Shown one piece after another: positions 63,783 through 64,000 of a stretch of 64,000 nt of DNA; position 1 is the stretch's first letter; each line of letters starts with the position of its first letter. Source of the stretch: Spirochaetia bacterium (GTDB lineage Bacteria; Spirochaetota; Spirochaetia; SZUA-6; Bin103); assembly GCA_965208065.1 (NCBI GenBank), contig OZ242313.1:4382369-4446368 (forward strand), read 5' to 3'. Position numbers and translations under genes: made by a program. The notes under the pieces were generated by a model. The model made no database searches and had not been told where the DNA came from. It saw nothing but the letters and a program-made list of their open reading frames with translations.

Positions 63783-64000
63783 GTCCGATCCCATCAGCCG
63801 TAGACCGATTCCTCAAGGGCAAGAATTCGCTCGCCCAGGGTAACGCCGACGGTCAACGTCAGGGCGACACTGGCAAGAAACAGGAACGTTGCCAACAGCA
63901 GCACCATTTTCCGCGAAGGACCGGATCTACTGCGTAGTGGTTGCGTCCTGACTGCCGCCCGGCCGCGTCGCATCACGAGGTTGGCGGCGGACAGATTCGC

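Noticed and set aside
63794-63976. 60-aa minus-strand ORF with a hydrophobic stretch at the window edge
   Set aside because: Too short and truncated by the window end to support a call; could be the start of a membrane protein gene extending beyond 64000

Overview
This is a high-GC (~68-70%) bacterial chromosomal window, mostly coding, with no rRNA, tRNA or CRISPR array recognisable by eye. Gene content in order along the window. Positions 1-6600: a dpp/opp-type peptide ABC transporter (substrate-binding protein 3' end, two permeases, two ATPases) with an AAA-ATPase-like/PD-(D/E)XK gene sitting between the permease and ATPase genes. Positions 6600-18300: an accessory catabolic-looking block (amidohydrolase_2, two xylose-isomerase-like TIM barrels, three PhyH-family Fe/2OG dioxygenases, GH32 beta-fructofuranosidase, nitroreductase, SDR, a 12-repeat YWTD beta-propeller lipoprotein). 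Inside this block is a scarred locus where a vapBC toxin-antitoxin pair abuts a sulfatase remnant, which in turn abuts a 3' fragment of a dppC paralogue. Positions 18400-24500: a minus-strand signalling operon (PLP-dependent decarboxylase, REC-PP2C phosphatase, LivK-like binding lipoprotein, HAMP histidine kinase). Positions 24600-30700: small secreted proteins, a carboxymuconolactone decarboxylase family protein (AhpD-like), a 2-hydroxyacid dehydrogenase, an M24 peptidase, DUF3179 and an MFS transporter. Positions 30700-36870: a complete lexA-imuA-imuB-dnaE2 SOS mutagenesis cassette preceded by a paired AACAGAC palindromic operator candidate. Positions 36880-38730: a sharply lower-GC (~50%) three-gene island (acidic 119-aa protein, DUF2971-like 316-aa protein, DUF4357-like 80-aa protein). 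I consider this island the best candidate for a horizontally acquired, uncharacterised defence or abortive-infection-like module. Positions 38730-57500: housekeeping and metabolism (sugar isomerase, Zn-ADH, Uma2 nuclease, cupin+HD pair, KamA-like radical SAM, aroC, polA, DinB_2-like, leuS, ilvBN, fchA-folD, DEAD-box helicase with a repeat-bearing low-complexity tail). Positions 57500-64000: a tandemly duplicated module (coiled-coil protein gene plus divergent promoter plus first ~10 codons) ending in a membrane LytTR regulator, then TetR and an OmpR-type two-component pair. Many long ORFs in the supplied track are antisense artefacts typical of high-GC DNA and were rejected. Several ORF-track 'M' starts are actually GTG/TTG codons, so starts were re-derived from motif and RBS context.
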